This document shows positions 17,023 to 25,678 of a stretch of 27,326 nt of DNA, piece by piece. This DNA comes from a virus (lineage: Duplodnaviria; Caudoviricetes), in the IMG/VR virus record IMGVR_UViG_3300043395_003775, positions 1-27,326 of that record, one strand, 5' to 3'. The position numbers and the translations under genes are program-made. The number at the start of each line of letters is the position of its first letter. Position 1 is the first letter of the stretch. Under the pieces are notes generated by a model that saw only the letters and a list, made by a program, of their open reading frames with translations, made no database searches and had not been told where the DNA came from.

Positions 17023-17878
17023 TTTAAAGGCTTTTGAATTAATTGAAAAAGGGTTATCGGCTAAAACAGTCGCTAAGATGAATGAATCACAAATTGAGAC
17101 TCTTCATAAAAAATTAATTGTTTCTGAACAGGTTACAGAAGTCCCTACAAAGAAAACATTCAAAGTTGGACCCAAGGGGGGTAAAGTAGGTAACGTAATG
17201 GTTTCTACTGACCCAAACACAAAAGAAGTTATTGTAACAACTGAAACAGAAATGACTGAGGATGAAACAGATGATGTAACAAATAAGAATGCCTTAGGTG
17301 CAGATGCACTTCAAAATCTTACAGGTCAAGAAGCTCCTCACGACGCGAATGATATGGCGCCTGACGGTATGGATGACGATTCTGATGACGATAGAAAAAT
17401 GATGGGTATGTCCGAGGAAAAGAAAAAAGAACAGAATCCATGGGCTATTTGCACCGCTCAACTAGGTAAAGAATTTGGTACTAGGGAAAGACACATGTGG
17501 TCAGCTAAAGAAAAAAATAAATACGAGAGATGTGTGAAGGATGTAAAAAAATCTTTGAAAGAAGGGAAAAATCCAGTATCTTTATTCCTTGAAGATGAAA
17601 TTATGAAAATTGTAGAAAAAAATTTACCTCCAAGAATCACAAAAGGGGATTTAGTAAAATACCTTTCTGAAGCGGGTCCTGCAACAGCCCCAACAAAACC
17701 AGCACCAGGTACGAAACCAACAACAAAACCTGGTAAACCTGACCCAAGACCAAGACCTAAACATCCTGGTAAGAATCCAAATCCTGGTGAAAACCCTGCG
17801 CCAAAGGCAAAAAAGGTTTCACCCGAAGTTGCTAAAGATGAAGTAATGGATTTGATTATGAAATTATTAGAAAAATAA
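17012..17878 (+). CDS. head-region hypothetical protein with NPWAIC...KYERC motif and Pro/Lys-rich tail
   Basis: In-frame ATG at 17012 preferred over TTG at 16994; operon context. Confidence 0.75.
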   Translation: MKNNLKAFELIEKGLSAKTVAKMNESQIETLHKKLIVSEQVTEVPTKKTFKVGPKGGKVGNVMVSTDPNTKEVIVTTETEMTEDETDDVTNKNALGADALQNLTGQEAPHDANDMAPDGMDDDSDDDRKMMGMSEEKKKEQNPWAICTAQLGKEFGTRERHMWSAKEKNKYERCVKDVKKSLKEGKNPVSLFLEDEIMKIVEKNLPPRITKGDLVKYLSEAGPATAPTKPAPGTKPTTKPGKPDPRPRPKHPGKNPNPGENPAPKAKKVSPEVAKDEVMDLIMKLLEK

Positions 17879-17879
17879 G

Positions 17880-19190
17880 ATGGCTAAGAAATTACAAGAA
17901 CAAATTAATTACGGGGATAGACCCGAAAGAATGGACCCAAATTTGGAAAGAAAACTTGGGGACCCTGAAGGTTTATATGCTAAAAACCCATCAATGAAAA
18001 AAGGGGTTTCGGATGTTCAAAGATTGGTTAGTTCCCGTTTTGGAAAAGTAGCCGACAAATTGAAACAAGTAACAGGAAATCAAAACATTGGTTCAAGACA
18101 AGTCCAACAAATGATTTATCAAGAAATGATGAATCGTTTACCAAATATCATGAGAATTGAAAGTAGACATAGAGACGAACTCGAACAGTTGGCGGTCGAT
18201 GCTTCTTTGGAGGAACTACAAATACCTGAGAATTGGTTTAAAATTGAGCCTTATTTAAATAGAGCCCCAATAGATACTTCCAATTTCAGGTATCAACCTG
18301 ATGAAGACGATGAGGAAGAAGAGGATGAAGAAAAACCAAAACTATCCATTCCATCTTTTGATGTTGAAGATTTGACTGATGAGGAAATTTTGGAATTGGA
18401 AAAACACAAGAGAAATATCATAAACGCAATCATCCAAGGAGCGGCAAAAAAAGGGCATTATCTTTTCCAAAAACCTGAAGTAAAGGCTAGACTTGATGCG
18501 ATTGACCCTTCTCTTTACAGAGATTATTTGGGTATTATGGCAATCAACGATTTCCTTTATTTTACAATGGAACAAATGATTGAGATGATGAGTCAAACAG
18601 GTCAGGGAGTTGCGGGAAAGGTTGAATTAAGTGATAATGACCCTGATGATGAAGAGGGAGGTGAAGAGTCAGAAGAAAAACCTGATACTGTAATCAAGGC
18701 TTTTGGTATGATGTTTCCAATCCTATGCCATGAGATAATCAAAGGTGTTGAAGAAGCCAAGGGTAGATTCGGTTTACCTCAAGACCAAGGTATGAGACAA
18801 AAGGTTCAAGGTCAAGTAGATTTACTTTCAAACGAACCAATGCAATTGAGAATAGGTCCTGAAATTGTTGAAAAGATTAGATTTGCATTACCCGATGCAA
18901 TGTTTGACGACGAGAATAAGGGTCTGATAAACTGGTTCCATATTCAGTTATACCAAATACCTGCCGAAGAATTTTTAGAGATTATAGGAAATGCTATTTC
19001 CGAAGACCAATCCAAAGTCAAAAAGGCTACACAAAGATTCGATGAAATCATGAAAGAAGCACAAGAACTCAAAAAAGAGTATGATGACTATAAGGAAGAA
19101 AATAGTTCAGACTCAGGTGATGAAGACGATGATGATGATGATGACTTGGATGATTTCTTTAGTAGTTTAGGTATATCAAGACCTAAATAA
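17880..19190 (+). CDS. hypothetical protein upstream of terminase, with acidic tracts
   Basis: Long ORF containing LCHEIIKG and poly-D/E tracts. Confidence 0.8.
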   Translation: MAKKLQEQINYGDRPERMDPNLERKLGDPEGLYAKNPSMKKGVSDVQRLVSSRFGKVADKLKQVTGNQNIGSRQVQQMIYQEMMNRLPNIMRIESRHRDELEQLAVDASLEELQIPENWFKIEPYLNRAPIDTSNFRYQPDEDDEEEEDEEKPKLSIPSFDVEDLTDEEILELEKHKRNIINAIIQGAAKKGHYLFQKPEVKARLDAIDPSLYRDYLGIMAINDFLYFTMEQMIEMMSQTGQGVAGKVELSDNDPDDEEGGEESEEKPDTVIKAFGMMFPILCHEIIKGVEEAKGRFGLPQDQGMRQKVQGQVDLLSNEPMQLRIGPEIVEKIRFALPDAMFDDENKGLINWFHIQLYQIPAEEFLEIIGNAISEDQSKVKKATQRFDEIMKEAQELKKEYDDYKEENSSDSGDEDDDDDDDLDDFFSSLGISRPK

Positions 19191-19198
19191 CTAAAAAA

Positions 19199-20956
19199 GT
19201 GACTAAAGAACAATTAATTATAGAGGTTACAAAATGCATGAGGAGTACTCCTTATGCATTGAAAACCTATTTACAAACTTACGATAACACTGTTCAGAAA
19301 TATGTTCCCCTAGACTTGTTTCCTGACCAAGTTTCTTTAATCGAAGATTACGATAATTACAACGAGAATATCGCATTGAAATATAGACAAGCTGGCGTAT
19401 CAACCGTGACCGCAGCTTGGGCTTCAAAAAAATTAGTTTTTGCCAAAAAAAACAAACCTGAAAAAATACTAATAATTGCTAACAAGCTTGATACTTCAGT
19501 GGAAATGGCAAATAAGGTTAGAGGATTCACAGAGCAGTGGCCTGCTTGGGTTGGTGTTGGTTTTTCTCCAGATAAAAATTCACAAAGACATTTCAAACTT
19601 ACAAATGATTGCGAGGTTAAAGCTGTTGCTACATCCAAAGACGCATTAAGAGGATATACCCCAACAATTTTGATTTTTGATGAGGCGGCGTTCATTGAAG
19701 CAGACAATGATTTCTGGTCTGCTTGTATGGCATCACTATCCACAGGAGGTAAAGTTATAGTAATCTCAACACCCAACGGATACGATGCAATTTATTACGA
19801 CATCTACGACCAAGCTTTGAGAAACATGAATGAATTCAAAATTTCTGAAATGTTTTGGTATCGTGACCCTCGTTATACTCGCGATTTATACATGGTAAAA
19901 ACCAATGACTTAGTTCATTATCTTCTGAATAGGGAGGATTATCCTGCAGACACTGTGGTCGATTTATCAATAGATAACCCATACGACAGAGACCATTCAA
20001 TAACCACAGATTATATTGAAAGAGGATACAAACCTTGTTCAGCGTGGTTTGAAGGAATGGTTAAAAAATTAAAATTTGATAGAAGAAAAGTTGCACAGGA
20101 ATTGGAATGTAATTTCTTGGGTTCAGGTGATAACGTATTCGAATCTGATTTGATGCAAACAATAGCCAAGAATCAATTGAGAGAACCTTCAGCAAAACTT
20201 ATGGGTGGTTCGCTTTGGATTTTTAAAGAACCTGAAAATAATCACAAGTACGTGATGGGTGTTGACGTATCAAGAGGTGACTCTGAGGATTTTTCTTGTA
20301 TTGAAATTATTGATTTTGACGAGAGAGAACAAGTTTTGGAATACGTTGGAAAGGTACCACCTGATGTTATTGCAGAAATCGCATTCAAGTGGGGTTCGAT
20401 GTATAATGCGTTTTGTGTTATCGATATTACTGGTGGTATGGGTGTTTCTACTGCAAGAAAAATGCAAGAGATGAGTTATCCAAGCGGGTTATACGTAGAT
20501 AATATTGACCCATCAAAAAAATGGAAATGGGACCCAAAAATTAATGAAAAAATACCTGGGATTAATTTCAACTCAAAAAGAGTTCAAATTATTTCATCAT
20601 TTGAAGAAGCCGTAAGACATGGATTCAAAACATATTCCCATAGATTATATAACGAAATGAATACTTTCATTTATGTAAATGGAAGACCTGACCATCAGAA
20701 AGGACATCACGATGACTGTATAATGGCCATGTCTATGGCTATATATGTGGCAGAAAAATCATTTCAATCATTACAAAAAGTAGTAAATCATACAAAGGCG
20801 ATGTTGAATTCATGGTCAACTGCTATAAATGAAAACAAAAATACTTCAGAATTTTTCAACCCCATGATTCCACAAATGGGTAGACAACACCCCAATTCAC
20901 AAGGTCCATCTAAACAGGACTACCAAAAATATGGGTGGTTATTTGGTGCCAAATAA
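19199..20956 (+). CDS. terL: terminase large subunit (T4 gp17-like)
   Basis: GTG start; Q-motif LFPDQ, Walker A LKYRQAGVST, Walker B LIFDEAAF, coupling motif ISTPNG, nuclease GVDVSRG...D and HDDCIMA. Confidence 0.93.
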   Translation: MTKEQLIIEVTKCMRSTPYALKTYLQTYDNTVQKYVPLDLFPDQVSLIEDYDNYNENIALKYRQAGVSTVTAAWASKKLVFAKKNKPEKILIIANKLDTSVEMANKVRGFTEQWPAWVGVGFSPDKNSQRHFKLTNDCEVKAVATSKDALRGYTPTILIFDEAAFIEADNDFWSACMASLSTGGKVIVISTPNGYDAIYYDIYDQALRNMNEFKISEMFWYRDPRYTRDLYMVKTNDLVHYLLNREDYPADTVVDLSIDNPYDRDHSITTDYIERGYKPCSAWFEGMVKKLKFDRRKVAQELECNFLGSGDNVFESDLMQTIAKNQLREPSAKLMGGSLWIFKEPENNHKYVMGVDVSRGDSEDFSCIEIIDFDEREQVLEYVGKVPPDVIAEIAFKWGSMYNAFCVIDITGGMGVSTARKMQEMSYPSGLYVDNIDPSKKWKWDPKINEKIPGINFNSKRVQIISSFEEAVRHGFKTYSHRLYNEMNTFIYVNGRPDHQKGHHDDCIMAMSMAIYVAEKSFQSLQKVVNHTKAMLNSWSTAINENKNTSEFFNPMIPQMGRQHPNSQGPSKQDYQKYGWLFGAK

Positions 20957-20993
20957 CTATTTATATTATCAAGGTAAATGGTAAGATTGTAAT

Positions 20994-22835
20994 ATGGCTC
21001 AACAGAATTTAACAGTTTGGCAAAGGTTATCACAGACTTTCGGACCGAATTCACTTCTCGGACAGGATTATCCAACATTCAAGTTTGATAAAAAGGAATT
21101 ATTACGCACAAAAAGTAGAGAAGAATATGAGATGGAAAAGTTGCAAGCGCAACAGACTTACTATCTCACAAATCAATGGGCGAAGGTTGAAAACAATCTT
21201 TATTCTCAGGCCATTTATTATGAACCAACTCGTTTATCTGCTCAGTATGATTATGAGTCAATGGAGTATACTCCTGAAATTTCAGCGGCATTGGACATCT
21301 ATGCTGAAGAATCTACAACAACAAACGAAGATGGGTTCATACTACAAATCTATTCCGAATCTAAGAGAATAAAAGGCGTGTTAGCTGATTTATTTAACAA
21401 TAATTTGGATATCAACACCAATTTACCTATGTGGACAAGGAATGCGTGTAAGTATGGTGATAATTTTGTCTATTTGAAATTAGACCCTGAAAGAGGAGTT
21501 GTTGGATGCCAACAGTTACCTACAATTGAAATTGAAAGACACGAAGTTGGGGTAAGTGCAAAAATTTCTGTTGATATAACTCAGGAATTGGACAAAGACA
21601 AAAAAGCCCTTCATTTCACATGGAAGAATAAAAATATGGAATTCCAATCATGGGAAATTGCGCACTTTAGATTATTAGGTGACGATAGAAAACTCCCATA
21701 CGGTACTTCCATGTTAGAAAAAGCAAGACGTATTTGGAAACAACTTCTATTATCTGAAGATGCGATGTTGATATATCGTACATCAAGAGCTCCTGAAAGA
21801 AGAATGTTCAAAGTTTTTGTTGGTAACATGAATGATGATGACGTTGAGGCATATGTACAACGTGTTGCTAACAAGTTTAAGAGAGAACAAATCGTGGACT
21901 CTAAAACAGGAAATGTAGATATGAGATTCAACCAAATGGCAGTTGACCAAGACTATTTTATTCCTGTTCGTGACCCAGCAGCACCAGACCCAATTACAAC
22001 ATTACCAGGGGCAACAAATTTATCTGAAATTGCGGATATCGAATATATCCAAAAGAAATTGTTGACCGCACTTCGTGTACCTAAAGCATTTTTGGGATTT
22101 GAAGAGGTGGTAGGTGATGGTAAAAATTTGTCTTTACAAGATATTAGATTCGCCAGAACAATTAACAGAATCCAAAAAAGTATGTTGGCAGAACTCAATA
22201 AAATTGCCATAGTACACCTATTTCTTTTGGGTTTTGAAGACGAATTACAAAACTTCACACTCGGACTTACAAATCCTTCAACACAAGCCGACCTTTTAAA
22301 AATTGACGTTTGGAAAGAAAAAATATTGTTGTATAAAGATTTGGTTGCTGACCCTGGAAACGGTATTCAAGCAACATCATCAACATGGGCTAAGAAACAC
22401 ATATTCGGATGGTCAGATGAAGAAATTAGATTAGACCTTCAACAACAAAGAATTGAAAGAGCGGTAGGTGAAGAATTAAAAGCGACGCCAACGGTAATCA
22501 GCAAGACAGGTTTATTTGATAACATCGATAAATTATACGGAAGTGCATCAGGGGCCACACCTGCTGCAGGAGCTTCAACAACACCAGGAGGTACAGAGGA
22601 ACTTGGAGGGTCTCCATTACCACCTCCACCACCAGGCGGTGAAGAGGGAGCATTACCACCTCCACCACCAGGAGGAGAAGAAGCTGGAGCTCTTACACCT
22701 GAATCAACAAAAAAAGACTTGAATATTTTATTGGAAAATAACTTATTTGAGAGGTCAAAATTTATAGATTTAAGTAATGCACAACATTCTTTGGGAGAAA
22801 TTGAAAAAGAACTTGAAAAGTTGTTGAACTCATAA
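20994..22835 (+). CDS. portal protein (T4 gp20-like)
   Basis: LEKARRIWKQLLLSEDAMLIYRTSRAPERR.F...VGNM, DYFIP, TLPG..NL.EIADIEY, ALRVPK, DIRFARTI. Confidence 0.92.
   Translation: MAQQNLTVWQRLSQTFGPNSLLGQDYPTFKFDKKELLRTKSREEYEMEKLQAQQTYYLTNQWAKVENNLYSQAIYYEPTRLSAQYDYESMEYTPEISAALDIYAEESTTTNEDGFILQIYSESKRIKGVLADLFNNNLDINTNLPMWTRNACKYGDNFVYLKLDPERGVVGCQQLPTIEIERHEVGVSAKISVDITQELDKDKKALHFTWKNKNMEFQSWEIAHFRLLGDDRKLPYGTSMLEKARRIWKQLLLSEDAMLIYRTSRAPERRMFKVFVGNMNDDDVEAYVQRVANKFKREQIVDSKTGNVDMRFNQMAVDQDYFIPVRDPAAPDPITTLPGATNLSEIADIEYIQKKLLTALRVPKAFLGFEEVVGDGKNLSLQDIRFARTINRIQKSMLAELNKIAIVHLFLLGFEDELQNFTLGLTNPSTQADLLKIDVWKEKILLYKDLVADPGNGIQATSSTWAKKHIFGWSDEEIRLDLQQQRIERAVGEELKATPTVISKTGLFDNIDKLYGSASGATPAAGASTTPGGTEELGGSPLPPPPPGGEEGALPPPPPGGEEAGALTPESTKKDLNILLENNLFERSKFIDLSNAQHSLGEIEKELEKLLNS
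22615..22686 (+). repeat. 36-bp tandem duplication (LPPPPPGGEE x2) in the portal tail
   Basis: CATTACCACCTCCACCACCAGG at 22615 and 22651. Confidence 0.8.
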
Positions 22836-22858
22836 TATTTATTTGATAAATAAATAAA

Positions 22859-23554
22859 ATGACTTTCGGCCAAATCAAATCTCTCATCGAAAAAAACTTG
22901 CTTGAATCTTATAAAAACGAGACCGAGTTCAAAAAAAGTTTACGCGAGTTCAGACAAAATGTTTTGAACAACAAATCAATCTCTAAAGTTTACAATCTTT
23001 ACGACCAATTAAGTACGCCACAAGGACTTAGCGAGTCAGAAGCCAAAGAATTTATTGAAGAAGGAGTAAATTTACTCCAAAGATTATTACCTTCTATCAA
23101 AATGCCAAAGTCATTCGAACAAGAGGTTACAAACAATTATTCTGATATCGATACTTTAGTTTACACAAAAAAAATAAGTATTTCAGAAAGAGTTCAAGCT
23201 AAGAAAAATATTGTCGAAACTTTAAAGCAGAAAAAAAATATCAAAGAGTCCATTAATATTCCTGTAACATCTATGGTGAAAATTGCAAACCAAACTTTGA
23301 GAAATTATATTGAAACTATGGATGAAACATCTAAAAAAGAGTTCATTCAGATTGTTTCCGAAGACAATAGAAATTTAGAAAATAGATTTGAAGAATTGAA
23401 ATCAAGTGCAATTACAAAACTTCAATCAATATTGGAAAACGAGAGTGAAAGTGAGGTTAAGATTAAAATCAATGAGACAATTGATAAGTTAAAAGAGGAA
23501 AAGTTTGACCAATTGAATTTTTTGAAAATTAGAAACTTGGAAGGTTCTCTTTAA
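22859..23554 (+). CDS. helical head-assembly-region protein (231 aa)
   Basis: ORF downstream of the portal; TATTTATT at 22836-22843. Confidence 0.8.
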   Translation: MTFGQIKSLIEKNLLESYKNETEFKKSLREFRQNVLNNKSISKVYNLYDQLSTPQGLSESEAKEFIEEGVNLLQRLLPSIKMPKSFEQEVTNNYSDIDTLVYTKKISISERVQAKKNIVETLKQKKNIKESINIPVTSMVKIANQTLRNYIETMDETSKKEFIQIVSEDNRNLENRFEELKSSAITKLQSILENESESEVKIKINETIDKLKEEKFDQLNFLKIRNLEGSL

Positions 23555-23736
23555 GAATTTTTGATTTTGTTAGTATAAATTGCCTTCAATAATTTTTTTC
23601 TCTTGGTCACCGAAGGTTTTACATATTCTTTTCTGTTGAGTAATTCTTGATTCTGCTTTGTCTTAATCACTTTTGATTTCAGTGTTTTGAGTGCTTTTTC
23701 AAGATTCTCACTATTTTTGATATTGATGATTAGCAT
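23551..23736 (-). CDS. rpsU: 30S ribosomal protein bS21, Bacteroidia-type
   Basis: MLII.IK..ENLEKALK..K.K...ELLNRKEYVKPSVTKR...KAIY; 61 aa, basic, Tyr at position 54. Confidence 0.88.
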   Translation of the reverse strand: MLIINIKNSENLEKALKTLKSKVIKTKQNQELLNRKEYVKPSVTKRKKLLKAIYTNKIKNS

Positions 23737-23830
23737 ATATTACAAATATCTCTAACTATTAAGAAAATTTTGACTATGATGTTTATATGTAGTATTTTTT
23801 AAAAAAATAAACTACATAACATGAAAATTA

Positions 23831-24280
23831 ATGAAGAAGGGCAAAAGTGTAAAGTTAAAGCTATTCACTCCAATCAAATCTAGTTACGGAACCGTAGATT
23901 CCAAAAATTTAAAATCACTATACATAAACATACAATCTTGGGTAACACCAAAATATGATTCTGATAATTGGAATAGGGTTGTCGGCATTCTTAGCAGGGA
24001 AATAAAACACTCGGTTTTTAATTCAATCAATACTGAATATTTCAGAGAACAAAGTATTGTTGACTTGGATTTAAGAACAAGTGGAATTTCATCAGGTAAA
24101 AAATCTTTTTTTAATTTGGAAGTAAATCTTTACGTGAAATCCACATTAGACTTCAAATCAAAAGAAGTAAAAGAATCTGTTAAAAACATTGTGAAGTCAA
24201 TCTACAGAGACAATATTTGTAACAATAAAAGCTTCGAATTTTCACTGAGTAAAAAAAATGAGATAAATAAAGTTGACTAA
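23831..24280 (+). CDS. hypothetical protein (149 aa)
   Basis: ORF divergent from bS21; TTTG-N20-TATTTTTT (23769-23800) upstream. Confidence 0.75.
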   Translation: MKKGKSVKLKLFTPIKSSYGTVDSKNLKSLYINIQSWVTPKYDSDNWNRVVGILSREIKHSVFNSINTEYFREQSIVDLDLRTSGISSGKKSFFNLEVNLYVKSTLDFKSKEVKESVKNIVKSIYRDNICNNKSFEFSLSKKNEINKVD

Positions 24281-24306
24281 CCAATATATTTATCTAAAAA
24301 ACCTTA

Positions 24307-25026
24307 ATGAAGAATTTAAGAATATTAGAGGCAAATGAACTTGGTCATGGAATTTTGGTAGAAACAGATGCGGGTTATGTTTCACCAAAAGACGAAAAAA
24401 ACATGAAAGTTTTACAGGAAGCCGCAAATTTAGATTATAGAAATCCATTTGAATTTTATGCCGTATTACAGAAGTATGATACTCCAAATAGAAATGGAAG
24501 ATTTTACCCCGAAAAAATTCTTAAAAGGGAAGCGGACAATTACAAAAAAATAATTTCAAAAGGTCTTTCAACATCAGAGTTAAATCACCCTGAGTCTTCA
24601 CTTATAGATTTAGATAGAGTGTCTCATATTATAACAGACATATGGTGGGATAAAAATATTCTAATGGGTAAACTGAAATTATTAACAACTCCTGGTTTTC
24701 ACGAAAGAGGTATTGTATCATCAAAAGGAGATGTTGCGGCAAATCTTATGAGACAAGGAGTAACATTGGGAATATCTTCACGTGGGGTTGGTTCACTTAA
24801 AAAAGTTGGAGAGAGAAATGAAGTTCAAGATGACTTTGAATTAATTTGTTTTGACTTGGTATCTTCACCATCAACACCAGGTGCATATCTTTTTACAAAT
24901 CCCGAAGACAGGACGAAGTACGAAGAAAATTTAGAAGAAGAAAAAAAGAGTCGTGAAAAATCCATCGAACCAATGGGTAAATCTATTGACTTGATGAAAA
25001 AACTTACTCATTATTTAGGAAAATAA
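24307..25026 (+). CDS. prohead core protease (T4 gp21-like)
   Basis: NRNGRFYP, ELNHP (His), GISSRGVGS (Ser), FDLVSSPS (Asp). Confidence 0.92.
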   Translation: MKNLRILEANELGHGILVETDAGYVSPKDEKNMKVLQEAANLDYRNPFEFYAVLQKYDTPNRNGRFYPEKILKREADNYKKIISKGLSTSELNHPESSLIDLDRVSHIITDIWWDKNILMGKLKLLTTPGFHERGIVSSKGDVAANLMRQGVTLGISSRGVGSLKKVGERNEVQDDFELICFDLVSSPSTPGAYLFTNPEDRTKYEENLEEEKKSREKSIEPMGKSIDLMKKLTHYLGK

Positions 25027-25030
25027 TTAT

Positions 25031-25243
25031 ATGGACGAAAAATATTTTGTAGCTAAAATTCAATATGAATTACCTGATGATAACACAGGTAAAATAAAAA
25101 AAATCAGAGAAGAAAAACTTGTGAAAGGGTTTTCGGTAACAGATGTTGAGGCAAAAGTTACCAAGAGATATGAATCTTTCTCATACGATTGGCGAATCAC
25201 GTCAGTTTCAGAAAGTAAAATTGATGAAGTAATAGAAAAGTAA
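25031..25243 (+). CDS. DUF4494-like small protein
   Basis: YFVAKIQYE...GKIKKIREEKLV.GFSVTDVEAKV...ITSVSESKI resembles Bacteroidota DUF4494 proteins. Confidence 0.55.
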   Translation: MDEKYFVAKIQYELPDDNTGKIKKIREEKLVKGFSVTDVEAKVTKRYESFSYDWRITSVSESKIDEVIEK

Positions 25244-25267
25244 AAGTGGTCATTGACCACTTTTTTT
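25242..25267 (+). terminator. Rho-independent (symmetric) terminator
   Basis: AAAAGTGGTC-ATT-GACCACTTTT with an extended T-tract. Confidence 0.8.
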
Positions 25268-25297
25268 ATTTAATAACATATTTATTAAGAAAAAAAT

Positions 25298-25624
25298 ATG
25301 TTATTCAACGTAGTATATAAAAACGCTTCAGACGTACAATCATACGTTACAATGAGTGGCAACAATATGTCCTCAGTAATTGTTTATTGTGATTCAAATA
25401 ATTTGACTCCATTACAAATTCTTAATCAAACTTTTAATTTGGTTTTGAATAATCCATCTCTAACGAAATGTTATCTTGTTACTCTAAAAGATAATGTAAC
25501 TCAAAATCCCACAACTACTATGGTTTATGATACCTATTCAGGATTAAATTCTTGGATTGCATCACAAACTGATAAGTCTGTTATTAACTTGGCACTTCTT
25601 GATAGGCCTTTTATACAAGCCTAA
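25298..25624 (+). CDS. hypothetical protein (108 aa)
   Basis: ORF with its own TATTTATT at 25279-25286; N/S/T-rich. Confidence 0.7.
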   Translation: MLFNVVYKNASDVQSYVTMSGNNMSSVIVYCDSNNLTPLQILNQTFNLVLNNPSLTKCYLVTLKDNVTQNPTTTMVYDTYSGLNSWIASQTDKSVINLALLDRPFIQA

Positions 25625-25678
25625 AATAAACTTTTCTCTATTAGACACTATTTATAGAGTAAAATAATATATTTTCTC

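Noticed and set aside
19199-22835. Intein or intron in terminase or portal
   Set aside because: Motifs are collinear, lengths are ordinary, and no splice-junction or homing endonuclease motifs were seen
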